Positions 52,552 to 64,000 of a stretch of DNA of 64,000 nucleotides are shown piece by piece. This stretch comes from Lytechinus pictus (Eukaryota): the NCBI RefSeq assembly GCF_037042905.1, contig NC_087251.1, forward strand, positions 3,040,001 to 3,104,000, in the 5' to 3' direction. The notes under the pieces were generated by a model. That model was not told where the DNA came from. It was given only the letters and a program-made list of their open reading frames with translations, and searched no databases. A program made the position numbers and the translations under genes. Position 1 is the stretch's first letter, and every line of letters begins with the position of its first letter.

Positions 52552-53666
52552 CAGTACAGGTCCAAAGTCTGGGGCCCCCATCAGATTTAAAAGATTATCA
52601 TACATAACACTGCATTCTGCATATAAGCAAATGTTTTGATACTGAATGAGCTATTATACAGTTCCATTATATTACACAAGCATGTTTCCATTGCAACTGG
52701 TTTTGACTGCACCTCCTGTAAGTCCCAGTTGGTTTTCTTATTCAAATTTTATGCAAACCTTTAAACTTTAAAGACTTTAAAGGTAGTCATACAATTTGAA
52801 TATAATTTATTTAAAACAAAGGTTGTTTTTGACAACCTGAAAGTTTGTCTGAGGCTTGTCTGACATAGCAACACATACTATTTGCAAACTGGATTCTAGC
52901 AGAAGATGTTTGAAGGTTTGCATGGTGGCAGAAACAATCAATTAAGTGGTTTATAATTATGGTACACCGTGTGTAAAGTCCTGGAAAGGACTGAGATAAA
53001 ATGGATAGAGGTAGAAGAGCAATGGAGAGGCGAGAAAGTGTAGATTGCAAAAGTGAGTATCTTTTAGAAATGACTGTATAGTGTAAATAGGACTGTAAAC
53101 CAGAAAGAGTGGAAAGCTTGAGAAGTGATGAGAGGCTTGAGTAGAATTAAGGCTGGTTGAGTTGGAGGGGTGAGAGAAGATTGAGTAGGTAAGAGACGGC
53201 TGGCTTGAGTTGGTTAGTAGAGTTGTAGAGCAGGAGCAAGAGTTTCAGGCAGGTTGACTGCCCGATTGACAGGTTGACTATCCACAGGTTGACTGCCCGA
53301 TTGACAGGTTGACTGCCCGATTGACAGGTTGACTGCCCGATTGACAGGTTGACTATCCACAGGTTGACATATTTGTTGCTTTGTCACACAAGCATCTGAC
53401 AAGAACCTAAGTTGCTTTAAATATTCAAATTTTATGTTTAACTTTAAAGTTTAAAGTCATGCACAAAATTTTTATATAAAAAATTATGAAAACCGACTGG
53501 AGTTTGACAGAAGCGCAATCAAAACCAATTGGAAACATCCTTGTGTGATGTCATGGAACTACCATAGCCCATCCAGTATCAATATATTTGAATGAATGCA
53601 GAATGCAGTGTTTTTTATGATTTTCTATTAAATCTGAAGGTGGCCCCAAACCTTTGGCCTGTACTG
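52552..53666. mobile_element. Tc1-like non-autonomous element with ~300-bp diverged inverted arms
   Basis: cagtacaggtccaaagtctggggcccccatcagatttaa versus ttaaatctgaaggtggccccaaacctttggcctgtactg. The arms can be traced to ~52880 and from ~53370. Confidence 0.75.
53250..53368. repeat. Minisatellite of 20-bp (caggttgactgcccgattga) and shorter (caggttgactatcca) units
   Basis: Direct reading; about 7 units. Confidence 0.9.
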
Positions 53667-55360
53667 TAATACTCACAAAAATATACCATTTACGTTAAAT
53701 CCTATTCCACAAAGGCTTAGGCATGCAAACGGAGCAAAATTTTAGATACTGAAGGATATCGTGTTCCACTATGCCTACATATCTAACTGTTGTAGAATAT
53801 CTTTATGAACCATTTGTTGTGCGCCATTTTAGCATTGAATGTACATGTCAATGTATATAAAATTTGGTCTATATACATACAAATAATGAATACCTAGTAT
53901 TGAAATCAGTGATTGAAATTAATTGTGTCGAACGATTTATTTGAAAAAAAAAGATTGCTAGAATATATTTATGAAAAAATGTAGGGAAAAATTCCAAGAG
54001 AGAATTTATAGTGTATGGTATTTGTTTATGCTTAGAGATTTTCGACTGTATACTAATAAACATTTTGACCTCGATACTCTGTGAAAAATATATTTGTTGT
54101 CTATGTGATTGCACTTGTCTGATAAGAAGGTGATCTTATAATTATCTTAACAGTGCATGTTATGTTACGAGTTCAGAGAAGGGGATGAACAAAAAAATTT
54201 GAAAAAATGAGAATGTAAGAGAGAGGTAAAGAGACGGAGATGGATAAAGTTATATAAACATAATGTACCAGTGGATTTGGTGGGAGCGGGAGAGAGAGAG
54301 GGATGAATTCATATAAACATAATAGAGAGAGAGAGAGGGGAGTGATCGAGGGAGGGGGGTCGTCGATTAGACCTGAGAAACAGAAAAATGCATCATTCCA
54401 GGATTTTTCTCTCTTCTCTGCCCGATTAACTTGATCTGATTTCGCCCACAGTTTTCCTTTTTTTCTTGAAGAAAAAGGTGATTCTTTTCATAGCATTATT
54501 ATTCGAGTCGTCAATTTTTATCAAAAATTCACTCTTCTAATTAACAATTTCGGCATAATAAAGTTCCAGATAATTTGGAAAAGGCTGTATACAAAACCAC
54601 TGACAACCAAGATTTCATAACGCTGAAGCTTATTGATTTCGTTTTAAGTTATAAAGAGTTTCAGTCAAGGGATTCTGTATATGATCAGGAGATCGTTGCA
54701 TTTTATCTGACAAGTCCCATTTTATCTGACAGTTATACCATATTAGGAACAGTGCTTCTCAATTAATCAAACGGAGGGTTCAAGAAAATAGTGAAGGTAT
54801 TGAAAATGCCCGTCGAGTGACAAAGAACTGATGGAAGTCTTTGTCGAAAATTGGTTAACCGGAAGAGCATATTGGTGTTAAGTTTCGGAGCTGACAAAAA
54901 ATCCCAAATATGTCGTTTATCCAGAGTCTAGGACGAAACTGTTTTTTTTATTCGCCCTATCGACAAAGGCTTTCTGATTACGCGCCAGGAAAGGACTGAT
55001 ACGTAAATATAGACATGCCCCATTCACTAATTGTGAACACCTCCTCAGATCTAATAAAGATTATGTCATACTGATTTTTGTGACCGAGCGAGCTTTAAAG
55101 ATGATATAAAAACAAACTATGCGAGCACGAAGCGCGTGACTGTTTGATTTACTTGGCTGAAAGGGGGACATTTCAAGGACCGTTTGAATTCGTGAAGGGA
55201 AAGTTAAGTATTCTCTGATCAAAATTAATACGAGCGCGAAGTACCAGCTGAAACCTTTTTTTTTGTACATTGACATGAACAATTTTATTGTATTAATGTA
55301 ATTTAATGTAATATAATTTTATTCAAAAACGTCATTGGTATGGTAAAATTTTTGTTACAT

Positions 55361-55525
55361 GTAGTAGTAGTATTAGTAGTATTAGTAATAGTAGTAGTAG
55401 TAGTAATAGTAGTAGTAGTAGTAGTAATAGTAGTAGCAGTAGTAGTAGTAATAATAATAATAATAATGATAATAATATCAATAATAATGATAGCAATAAT
55501 TGTAATAGTTATGGTACTACTAATA
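55361..55525. repeat. (TAG)n/(TAA)n microsatellite
   Basis: Direct reading. The Val/Ile-rich ORF here is a by-product. Confidence 0.9.
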
Positions 55526-55762
55526 ATAGGACGAGTGCAAGATAAAATTCAATTTGATATACTGACCTGAAAGAAAACATTTCATGCGCTTTTTTGTTAT
55601 CTTGAATGCAACACGCGTGCCACTCAAAGAATAGACCTCCCTCAAAAATAGTTTTGGATTATTTGTACAAATTCATGAATACCTATTTAATTAATAACAA
55701 GAATTTTAAGAGTAAAAAAAGCGCAGTGGAATATATACTTTAGTGAATATGCGCTCTTCTGA

Positions 55763-55774
55763 ATATATATATAT

Positions 55775-55864
<90 letters not shown>
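55763..55864. repeat. (TA)n microsatellite
   Basis: Direct reading. Confidence 0.95.
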
Positions 55865-55866
<2 letters not shown>

Positions 55867-56313
55867 TAGATACACACAATACCAGTCAAATTTTTGGGTA
55901 CACCTGTAATCAGAACTGATTTTTTTTTTACAAACATTTACAATTTATTCACTTATGCTCTTCAAACACAGTGACAATTTAGTATCAAAATAAAGGGTAA
56001 TTATCTCAAACTGTCAATATAAGTCAAATGATGATTTTTGTCAATTTGTATTTTTAGGGTTGACTCTGTGCGTTTCATAATATTTTATTGGTTTTAAGTG
56101 AAGAATCTTTCGATATTAATTGATCAGTAACCAACAAACATAACTTCTGAAGCAAAGTAAAATATCCTAGTAGTGAAATAATTGAGCAATTTCATATTTT
56201 CAAAACTCATTGGTGAAAGGTTTGATGTCTCTTGTTTTTCTTTTTTTCATTTTTCTTCTTACATTTTATCTTTGATAATTCAATTATACCATTCAAAATG
56301 TTTCTGAAGTTAA

Positions 56314-56908
56314 AGGGGAATCCAACCCAAATAAAAACTTGTTTTTATAAGGAAAAGAAAAATCAGATAAGTTGATGGGTGAAAGTTTGAAAATTATTGG
56401 ACAAACAACAAGAAAGTTATGAATTTTTAAAAGTTGTAAATATTGGTAATCACTATACCCATGGAGACTTCAAATTGGCCGCATATGGGATGTCATAGTG
56501 ATGTAAGGCAAGGACTACTCTTCCATGTACTCCAATACATATTATGGCTAAAATGTCATTTTTCCCAAAAGTTTTATTTCGAATTATATTTTTCTTTCAT
56601 GAGGACATAAGAAAATATACTACCTGGGTTATATTTAGATTAATACCCCAGGGGAATGGGTACTTTGGAGAAAACCACAAATCCCTGATAATAAAGTACA
56701 TGGCCTATGGGAAAGTTGTCCTTGCCCCTTGTCATAATTTACTTTCACAGTTGCCAATTTGAAATCTACATAGTATTAGTGATCTCAATTTTAAAGCAGC
56801 TATAACTTTCTAATTGCTTGTCCGATTTCTTTCAAACTTTCACCATTCTGTTTGATTTATTTTTCTCCTTCCCAACACAACATTTTATTGCCAAGGCTGG
56901 ATTCCCCT
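56314..56908. mobile_element. Kolobok-like TTAA MITE, family C
   Basis: TTAA-aggggaatccaacc ... ggctggattcccct-TTAA, with a quasi-palindromic body. Confidence 0.85.
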
Positions 56909-57257
56909 TTAAGCATATCTTTTCGATGAATACAAAATAATAAAAGAGAAATCAATCGTGATAATTGAAATCGAGCTTGAGATGTTTCATTTTCTTTTTC
57001 CATTTTTCTGGAATACCCTTTTTCCCTTTCTGTGTTTCATTTCTCCCTATCCCTTGATTATTTTCCTTCTCTTCTATATTCTTTAATCCCGCCGGCTATT
57101 CACCTTCTTTTTCTTTCCCCTCTTCCTTTTCCTTCTTTCTAATATCTTTCTCTCACTCTTCCAATTTTCTTGGCCTTTCTTTCCCGTTCCCCCTCAAAAG
57201 TTTCCTTTTCAATCGATTTGCTCTCTCTCCCTTTTTTTTTGGGGGGGGGGGCAAGGC

Positions 57258-58846
57258 AGGGGTGGAACCAGCTTTCGCCAATGGGGGGGGGGGATTTTTT
57301 CACCCATATTTTCCCCGATCGACCGCTAAAAGTTGATTTGATACTTTGAAGGGGTAATCCTAACAATAACTTCTTAGCTTTATTATTATAAAACAACAGA
57401 AATATAATAATATTCTGAATAGTGCGAGCGCGAAACGCGAGCTAAATTTTCGGAAATTTCATATATTTTGTCCTAAAAATTGAACATTCTGGGTAATGTT
57501 TGTGATCCTGAACAAGATGCGTATGTGACTAAATATTTAAAGTTCTTTAATACACGTTCTGGCCTGATCGATGGCAGTTGGCCATGTAGACGATACATAT
57601 TTTAACAATCGAATAATGCGAGCGCGAAGCGAGCTGAATTTTATCGACATTCCGACCTAAAAAATTGACATTCTAAGCATTTTTTAAAATCATGGACAGT
57701 TGTTATATAACTTAACAGTGCGAGCGCGAAGCGCGAGCTGATACTTTAAAAAAATTATTTTGACCTAGGACCGGGACATTCTAAGGACATTTGTCATAGG
57801 AAAATGGTAATTATCTTCCTATTCCTCTTCCTAAGCGCGAGATGATATTCCATTCTGAAAAAGGGAATTCAATTATTAGGAATTCATGAAAATGCTGTTA
57901 TCTTATTTATTATCTAATAAGTACAACGAGAGCGCGAAATTTGTTGATATCAAGGCCTGAAAACTGGATCGCGAACCGAAATTGTTTATAAAAACTCTCA
58001 TGAAAAGGGGATTTCAGAAAGTTTGTTATAGAATTAATAGAGGTATAGATTACTCACCAATCAAAATGCTAGCGCGCAGCATAATTAAGCTGATAGATTT
58101 TGACCATCAGGCCTGAACAGGGATATTTTGAGAATTTATGGAATACACGAAGACTAGAGAATAGGTACTTGACAAATAATGCGAGCGCGCAGCGCGAGCT
58201 GAAAATGTTGATACTCGGGCCCAGGCCCAAAGACCTTATAATATATTACTAGACCGAAAGCTGCGTTCGGATTCAACACAAAACAAATGAGATTAGGCTC
58301 CGTCTACCGCTATCATTTGAAGACAAAAATAAGCCTTCATTAATATTAATGAGGGCCTATTTTGGCTTCTAATGGATAATCAAAATGGCGGTAGCTTCGG
58401 GGGCCTGCTCAGACCGTATAAATACGGACATTTTACAGCTGCTCTTTAAACAAATCAATTTGTAAATCAAGCAAAATAATGAAAGTTCGATGTCCGAGCT
58501 TCATGTTTTGTATATTGGTTTCAAAATTTGAAAAAAAAATAAGTTCCATATTAGGCCCCGGGATTAGGCCTGGTCTATTGAGCAAGATATGTATCTCAGA
58601 TATCGAACATGCAATGCGAGCGCGAAGGGCGAGCGAATTTTTGTTTTTAATAGGGATATGAAAGATTTTATTTTGGGGGTGTTCTTCACCTTATTTTATT
58701 CACCCGTCTTCCTCCTCTTTTTTTTTCTCCTCACTTTTCCCCCGACTTTTCCCTTTTCCTTTCTTTTCTTTCCCCTTTATTTTTTATCTTTTGCTCCGCC
58801 AACAGGGGGGGGGGGCGGGCCCCTCGCCCCCCTGGATCCGCTATAT
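57258..58846 (+). mobile_element. hAT-like non-autonomous element with an array of gcgagcgcgaagcgcgagc motifs
   Basis: Starts caggggtggaaccag and ends ctggatccgctatatg, with ggcaagg at both junctions. About 8 core motifs between 57424 and 58635. Confidence 0.6.
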
Positions 58847-58872
58847 GGCAAGGGTTTCTCACTCCAAAGATA

Positions 58873-61800
58873 TAGTCTAGGAGAAAGGGGGTTTTATTCA
58901 GAATTTTTGGTGGGGAAGGTTTGACAAGCTTATCCGGGGTAAAAGTGTGCGCTGATTCCAAAAATATCACTCTCAATGACCGTACTCACGCCATTTTGGC
59001 CATTTTGGCAAATCTTTGACCAAAAATGACCATTTTGACCACTCTTTGGAAAATGGTCCCTCAACAGAATGCTTTTGTAGCCACATGCAATTAAAAGTGT
59101 GTATTTTAAGTAAAAATGCACCCAAATTCCAGTGGTTTCATTTGCCAAATCACAATAGAAGTGGTCATTTTCATGATTTTTTTTGTCCGAAATGTGTTAC
59201 AAATATTGATCAGAGCTACGATTGGATGTCTTTAGAAATCCACATTTATTTTCAAAATATGCGCTGGATCATAACCATCAACCTCATGCAATTTATTCCA
59301 TCAGTTTTGACCTATGAGGGTCATTTGGCGTACTTTAGACATAACTGACCATTCACGCAGTTTTGTATAATAAACTGCACATAGGCAGGAATTTCAGGGC
59401 TTCAGCGTGTTTTATCTTCTTCCCATATAAAATGGAAATGCATTCAAAAGCTCATCTTGTGTAAAATTTGATGCTGATTCCAAATATATCAGTCTTAATG
59501 ATCCTATTCAACAGCTTAAGGTCATTTTTTTGCCACTTATGGCCCTTAAAATGGCCAATAACATCAGTTCAATTTATCCAAAAATACTTCGAATGTTACC
59601 AGAATCTTAACAAGGGTGTGCTGTGACACCCAACACTGGTGAATGAATCCTTAAAATTGAGCATCCCCAAAGTTGACTACCTTGGTCATTTTGGCCACCC
59701 TGACCCCCCGGCCAGCCCTGCTCATTATGTATGTTAATTCAGGTTATATCGAACATGGTGAGGAGAAATTTGGGATTGCGTTAATATTAGCATCAATTAT
59801 TGTTAAATGGGGAAAGTTTGAAAGCTTCTTGGTGGAAATCAATGAAATGATTCCACACAGACCAGTGTTATTGGACCCTGTGGTCATTTTGACCACGTTT
59901 CCCTCAATATTGACCAGTGACCATGGACCCTATGAATCTCCAAATAGCTAAGAGAGAGACCACACATGCTTTGATGAGTCAAAAAGGGCTCAAATGTTGG
60001 TCAGTATCATTATCAGCATGAGCTATACCAATAATCGGTGAAGAGTGTTGATAATTGTGATAAAATCCTTTACATCGAGCATACATAATGTTGTTTGACC
60101 TTGCACTGTGGTCATTTACATGATTTTAGCCACCTTGACCACACAGTAAATGTTTATGGAAACCTCACATATATGGGGCAGCAAATTCAAGAACTTAGAC
60201 ATTTTAGCATTATTTACATGTTATGTTAGTACATTTTCCTAGATTAATGATTCCAAATATATCAGTCTTAATGACCATTTATGAGCTCGTGGTCATTTTG
60301 GTCGCTTTTGGTCCCGACAATGACCAATCACATTTGCATGTATCAAAAAGGATTCAAATGTTGTTGTCGCTCCGTATTGTTAATAAGATGTATTATATCA
60401 ATTATTGATTTCAATATGATATGACTAATAGTACATAATCAAAATGTTGTAACAATTTTGGCCTTTTTGGCTATTTATCGCATGTATGACTTTTGTAAAT
60501 AAACATGACAGGAGCAATTGTGGAAATGCGTTCAATCCCTTTCGATTGGAAATATTACAAGCTCACCTTGAGTAAAAAATTGTGCCAAATACCTCACCAC
60601 TGTCTAATGTGGCCCAATTGGTCATTGTATGGTCATTGAGTAGCCATAACATAATTCCTGGCCTCCTTTTTAATTTAAATTATATAGATAACTATGTTCT
60701 ACACTCTTAAAAATGTTGGGCAACATACGGTCCACACAACAATTGGTTAAAACTTTATCCAATTCTGGGTAGTTTTACACCAATACTGTGTAGTTTTCAC
60801 CCAAAGCACACAGTATTGGTGTAAAACTACCCAGAATTGGATAAAGTTTTAACCAATTGTTGTGTGGACCGTATGTTGCCCAACATTTTTAAGAGTGTAG
60901 AGGAAGGCACTAATCCTCAATTCAAAGGTGCGTCATTACAAAGCAATTGGTCAAAGTGAATTTCACGAATAGATTTGACCATGATGCATTTTTATTACCT
61001 TAGCCATTTTATATAATATTTCACAAACCTCACATTGGCATGATTGGTAAAGTTGAAAGTGGAAAACTTGCCCTAAATTGTTAAATAGTGACCAAAAATC
61101 GGCACAGAGAATAATTTCATATAGAGAATGTGTTTTATTACCCAGTACGTCTTCAAAAGAATTAAGGGTAAATTTGCTGCTCACCAATCATGCCAATGTG
61201 AGGTTTGTGAAGCATTGTACAAAAAAAACCAAAGATGGTAAAAATGAATGTTAGTCAAAACTCTTAGTGAACTTCACTGTGACCTATTTTGCTTTGTAAT
61301 GATTCTCAGTATAATTTGACTTTAAAGAAGGAAATAATGCTGGCTATTTACGACCAGACAGTGACCAAAGGGGCCACAGTAGACAGTCACAAGATGTTTG
61401 GCACAATTTTTTCTCAAGGTGAGCCTTTAATATTTCCCATCAAAAGGGATTGAACGCATTTCATCATGTTCATAGACCTACAGTTGCTGCTAAGTCATGT
61501 TTATTTCAAAATTCACACATTGGATAAACGGTCAGAGTAGCCAAAATGGTCACATTTTGATTATGTACTATTAGTAATATCATATTTAATTAAATCATTT
61601 ATCACTGATTTTGACTGATACAACAAATTTTACAAAAATACAGAGCAACAACATTGGAATACTTTTGATACATGCAATTGTCATTGCTAATTGTAGGGAC
61701 CAAAGGTGACCAAAATGACTACTAAATAGTCATTAAGACTGATATATTTGAAATTATTGTATTAATCTGATTCAGAAAGTTTTTGTATATGTCCTATCTA

Positions 61801-63539
61801 ACATTAAATGATGCTAATAATATCTCATTCTTGATTCGTTTCTTTGAATATTTACAAAATGGTCAATGTGCCTACAATCATGAAAATGACCAAAGTGCAT
61901 CGTCAAACAACCTTATACTTGATGTGAAAGTTTATATCACATTCATTTAACTCTTGATTATTGGTGTAGTAGCTCACGCTGAAAATAATATTAAGCAACA
62001 TTTGAGCCCTTTTTAAATCAAATAATGTGTGGTCACTAGACATTATTGAGGAAAAGTGATCAAAATGACCACAAGGTCCAATAGTTCGGCCAATAACACT
62101 GGTTTATATGGAATCATTGCATTGATTTTCACCCAAAAACTTTCAAACTTTTCCCATTTAACAATAATTGATGTTAATATTAACACAATCCTGAATTGTC
62201 TCCTCACCATGTTCGCTATAGGCTGATTTAGTATACACATGGGGCAGGGGACAATGTGGCCAAAATGACCAAGGTGGTCAAAATATTTTGGGACACTCAA
62301 TTTAAATGATTAATACACCAGTGTTAGGTGTCACAGCACACCCTTGTAACGATTATAGTAACATTCAAAGTATTTTTGGATAAATTGAAGTATTGAACAG
62401 ATGGTATTGGTCATTTGGGGGGGGGGGCAAAAAGTGGCCAAAATGACCACAATCTGTTAAATGGGGTCATTAAGACTTGACATATTGGGAATCAGCATGA
62501 AATTCTACACAAGAACGACCTATGCATCATTCCCATTTTATAAAGGAAGAAGATAAAGCACACGGAAGACCTCAAATTCCTGCCGATTTGCAGTTATTGT
62601 GCAAAATTGCACGAATGGTCAGTTACCCAAAATGACCCTCATAGGTCAAAAGTCAAAACTAATGATATAAATTACATGAGGTCAAAATACTTTTGAAATG
62701 TTCATTTTAAAGGATTAATACACCAATGTTAGATGTCACAGCACACCCTTGTAACGATTCTGGTAACATTGAAGTATTTTTGGATTATTGAACTGATGTT
62801 ATTGGTCATTTTTAAGGCCATAAGTGGCCAAAATGACCATAAGGTGTTCAATAGGGTCATTAAGACTGGTATATCTAGAATCAGCATAATATTCTATACA
62901 AGATGGACCTTTAAATGCATTCCCTTTTTATAAGGGAAGAAGATAAAACACGCTGAAGATCTCAATTTCCTCAGTGCCTATGTGCAGTTTATTATGCAAA
63001 ACTGCGCGAATGGTCAGTTATGTCTAAAGTACCCCAAATGGTCGACCCTCATACGTCAAAACTGACGGAATAGATTACATGAGGTTGATGGTTATGATCC
63101 AGCGCATATTTTGAAAATAAATGTGGATTTCTAAAGACATCCAATCGTAGCTCTGATCAACTTTTGTAACACATTTCGGACAAAAAAAAATATCATGAAA
63201 ATTGTCATTTTTTGCCAAATCATGGCCAAAATGACCACTGCTGTTGTGATTTGGCAAATGAAACCACTTTGTCTGGAATCTGGATCCATTTTTACTTAAG
63301 ATAGACCCTTTTAATTGCATGTGGCTACAAAAGCAGTCTGTTAAAGGGACCATGCATTTTCCAAAGAGTGGTCAAATTGGTCATTTTTGGTCAAAAATTT
63401 GCCAAAATTGCAAAAATGGCGTGAGTACGGTCAATAAGACATTTTTTTAATCAGCGCACAATTTTACCCTGGATAAGCTTGTCAAACCTTCCCCACCAAA
63501 AATTCTGAATGAAGCCCCCTGGCCCTATCTCCTAGACTA
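58873..63539. mobile_element. 4.67-kb non-coding fold-back DNA transposon (TAG...CTA termini, 3-bp TSD; Academ-like, tentative)
   Basis: tagtctaggaga...ttcagaatttttggtggggaaggtttgacaagcttatcc is inverted at 63470-63539. ATA flanks both ends (58870-58872 and 63540-63542). Arm homology can be traced inward to a centre near 61060-61175. Confidence 0.85.
60702..60897. mobile_element. Perfect palindromic CACT-ended MITE (EnSpm/CACTA-like) nested in the fold-back element
   Basis: TA-cactcttaaaaatgttggg ... cccaacatttttaagagtg-TA. Arms 60699-60791 and 60808-60900 are exact reverse complements, with a 16-nt loop. Confidence 0.88.
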
Positions 63540-64000
63540 ATAAATTTGCCCCAATAAACCCGGAAGTAATTTTGTTGTAAGATTTTGTATTTACTGATCC
63601 GATACGCTATACGGCTGTCATTGGACATTGTCATTGAGCTTAAATCCGTCTCGTTATACTGACTACTGTATTACTGGTACAGATATTGACATTTAGTGGA
63701 ATTCGGAAAGAGAAGAAATGCAAGTTTGTTTATAAGGTAAGTTTAATTAAAGAGGCCGATCTATAGATCAATTCAGTGATTAATAATGAGGATATTCATG
63801 ATAATGGAATGATTTTTTGGTCTGCATCCGTGTCCAGGCCGGTGCAGCATGAGAGGACTCCCAGGCCACTTACATTACCAGCGCATGCGATTCTTTTGCA
63901 CACGTATCTTGAGGGGTTATCATAGTTCTGTGACGCAGCTATTTGAATTACACAGGAGCTAAATCGCCAGGTATACATTTAACATAGAAACATGGCAGCA

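Noticed and set aside
53250..53368. CRISPR-like array
   Set aside because: The units are contiguous with no unique spacers, the context is eukaryotic and there are no cas genes. It is a minisatellite.
55340..55570. Hydrophobic Val/Ile ORF resembling a membrane peptide
   Set aside because: It is a translation of (TAG)n/(TAA)n repeats.
63796..63978. Cys-rich 60-aa minus-strand ORF at the right edge
   Set aside because: It has no recognisable domain, signal peptide or convincing acceptor, and cannot be evaluated at the window edge.

Overview
AT-rich, intron-containing animal genomic DNA. The repeat landscape and gene content suggest a marine invertebrate deuterostome such as a sea urchin (inference, not verified). 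I reconstructed three protein-coding genes by hand from splice sites and reading-frame phase. (1) A secreted EGF-repeat gene on the minus strand: a signal-peptide exon at 5056-5122 plus four one-EGF-per-exon modules, running off the left edge. (2) A complete lamin B receptor gene (LBR; Tudor + RS + sterol C14-reductase) on the minus strand, with 12 coding exons at 15607-28998 (571 aa) and a probable non-coding first exon and CCAAT/E2F/CHR-type promoter near 35.0-35.3 kb. (3) A divergently transcribed type-I membrane protein at 40405-50794 (+, about 1555 aa) whose ~7 CUB domains all lie in one 4071-bp exon bracketed by two related palindromic TTAA MITEs. The rest is dense with mobile DNA: a LINE nested inside another LINE, an L1/Tx1 3' fragment flanked by a ~260-bp duplication, many non-autonomous DNA transposons (Kolobok-, piggyBac-, Tc1-, hAT-, Harbinger- and Helentron-like), and a 4.67-kb fold-back element with TAG...CTA ends and an ATA target duplication that carries a perfect 93-bp-arm palindrome. 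I saw no tRNA, rRNA or CRISPR array, and no clearly new biological system is proven by sequence alone. The best candidates for follow-up are the giant CUB exon with its flanking MITEs, the giant fold-back element and the long-duplication LINE insertion.
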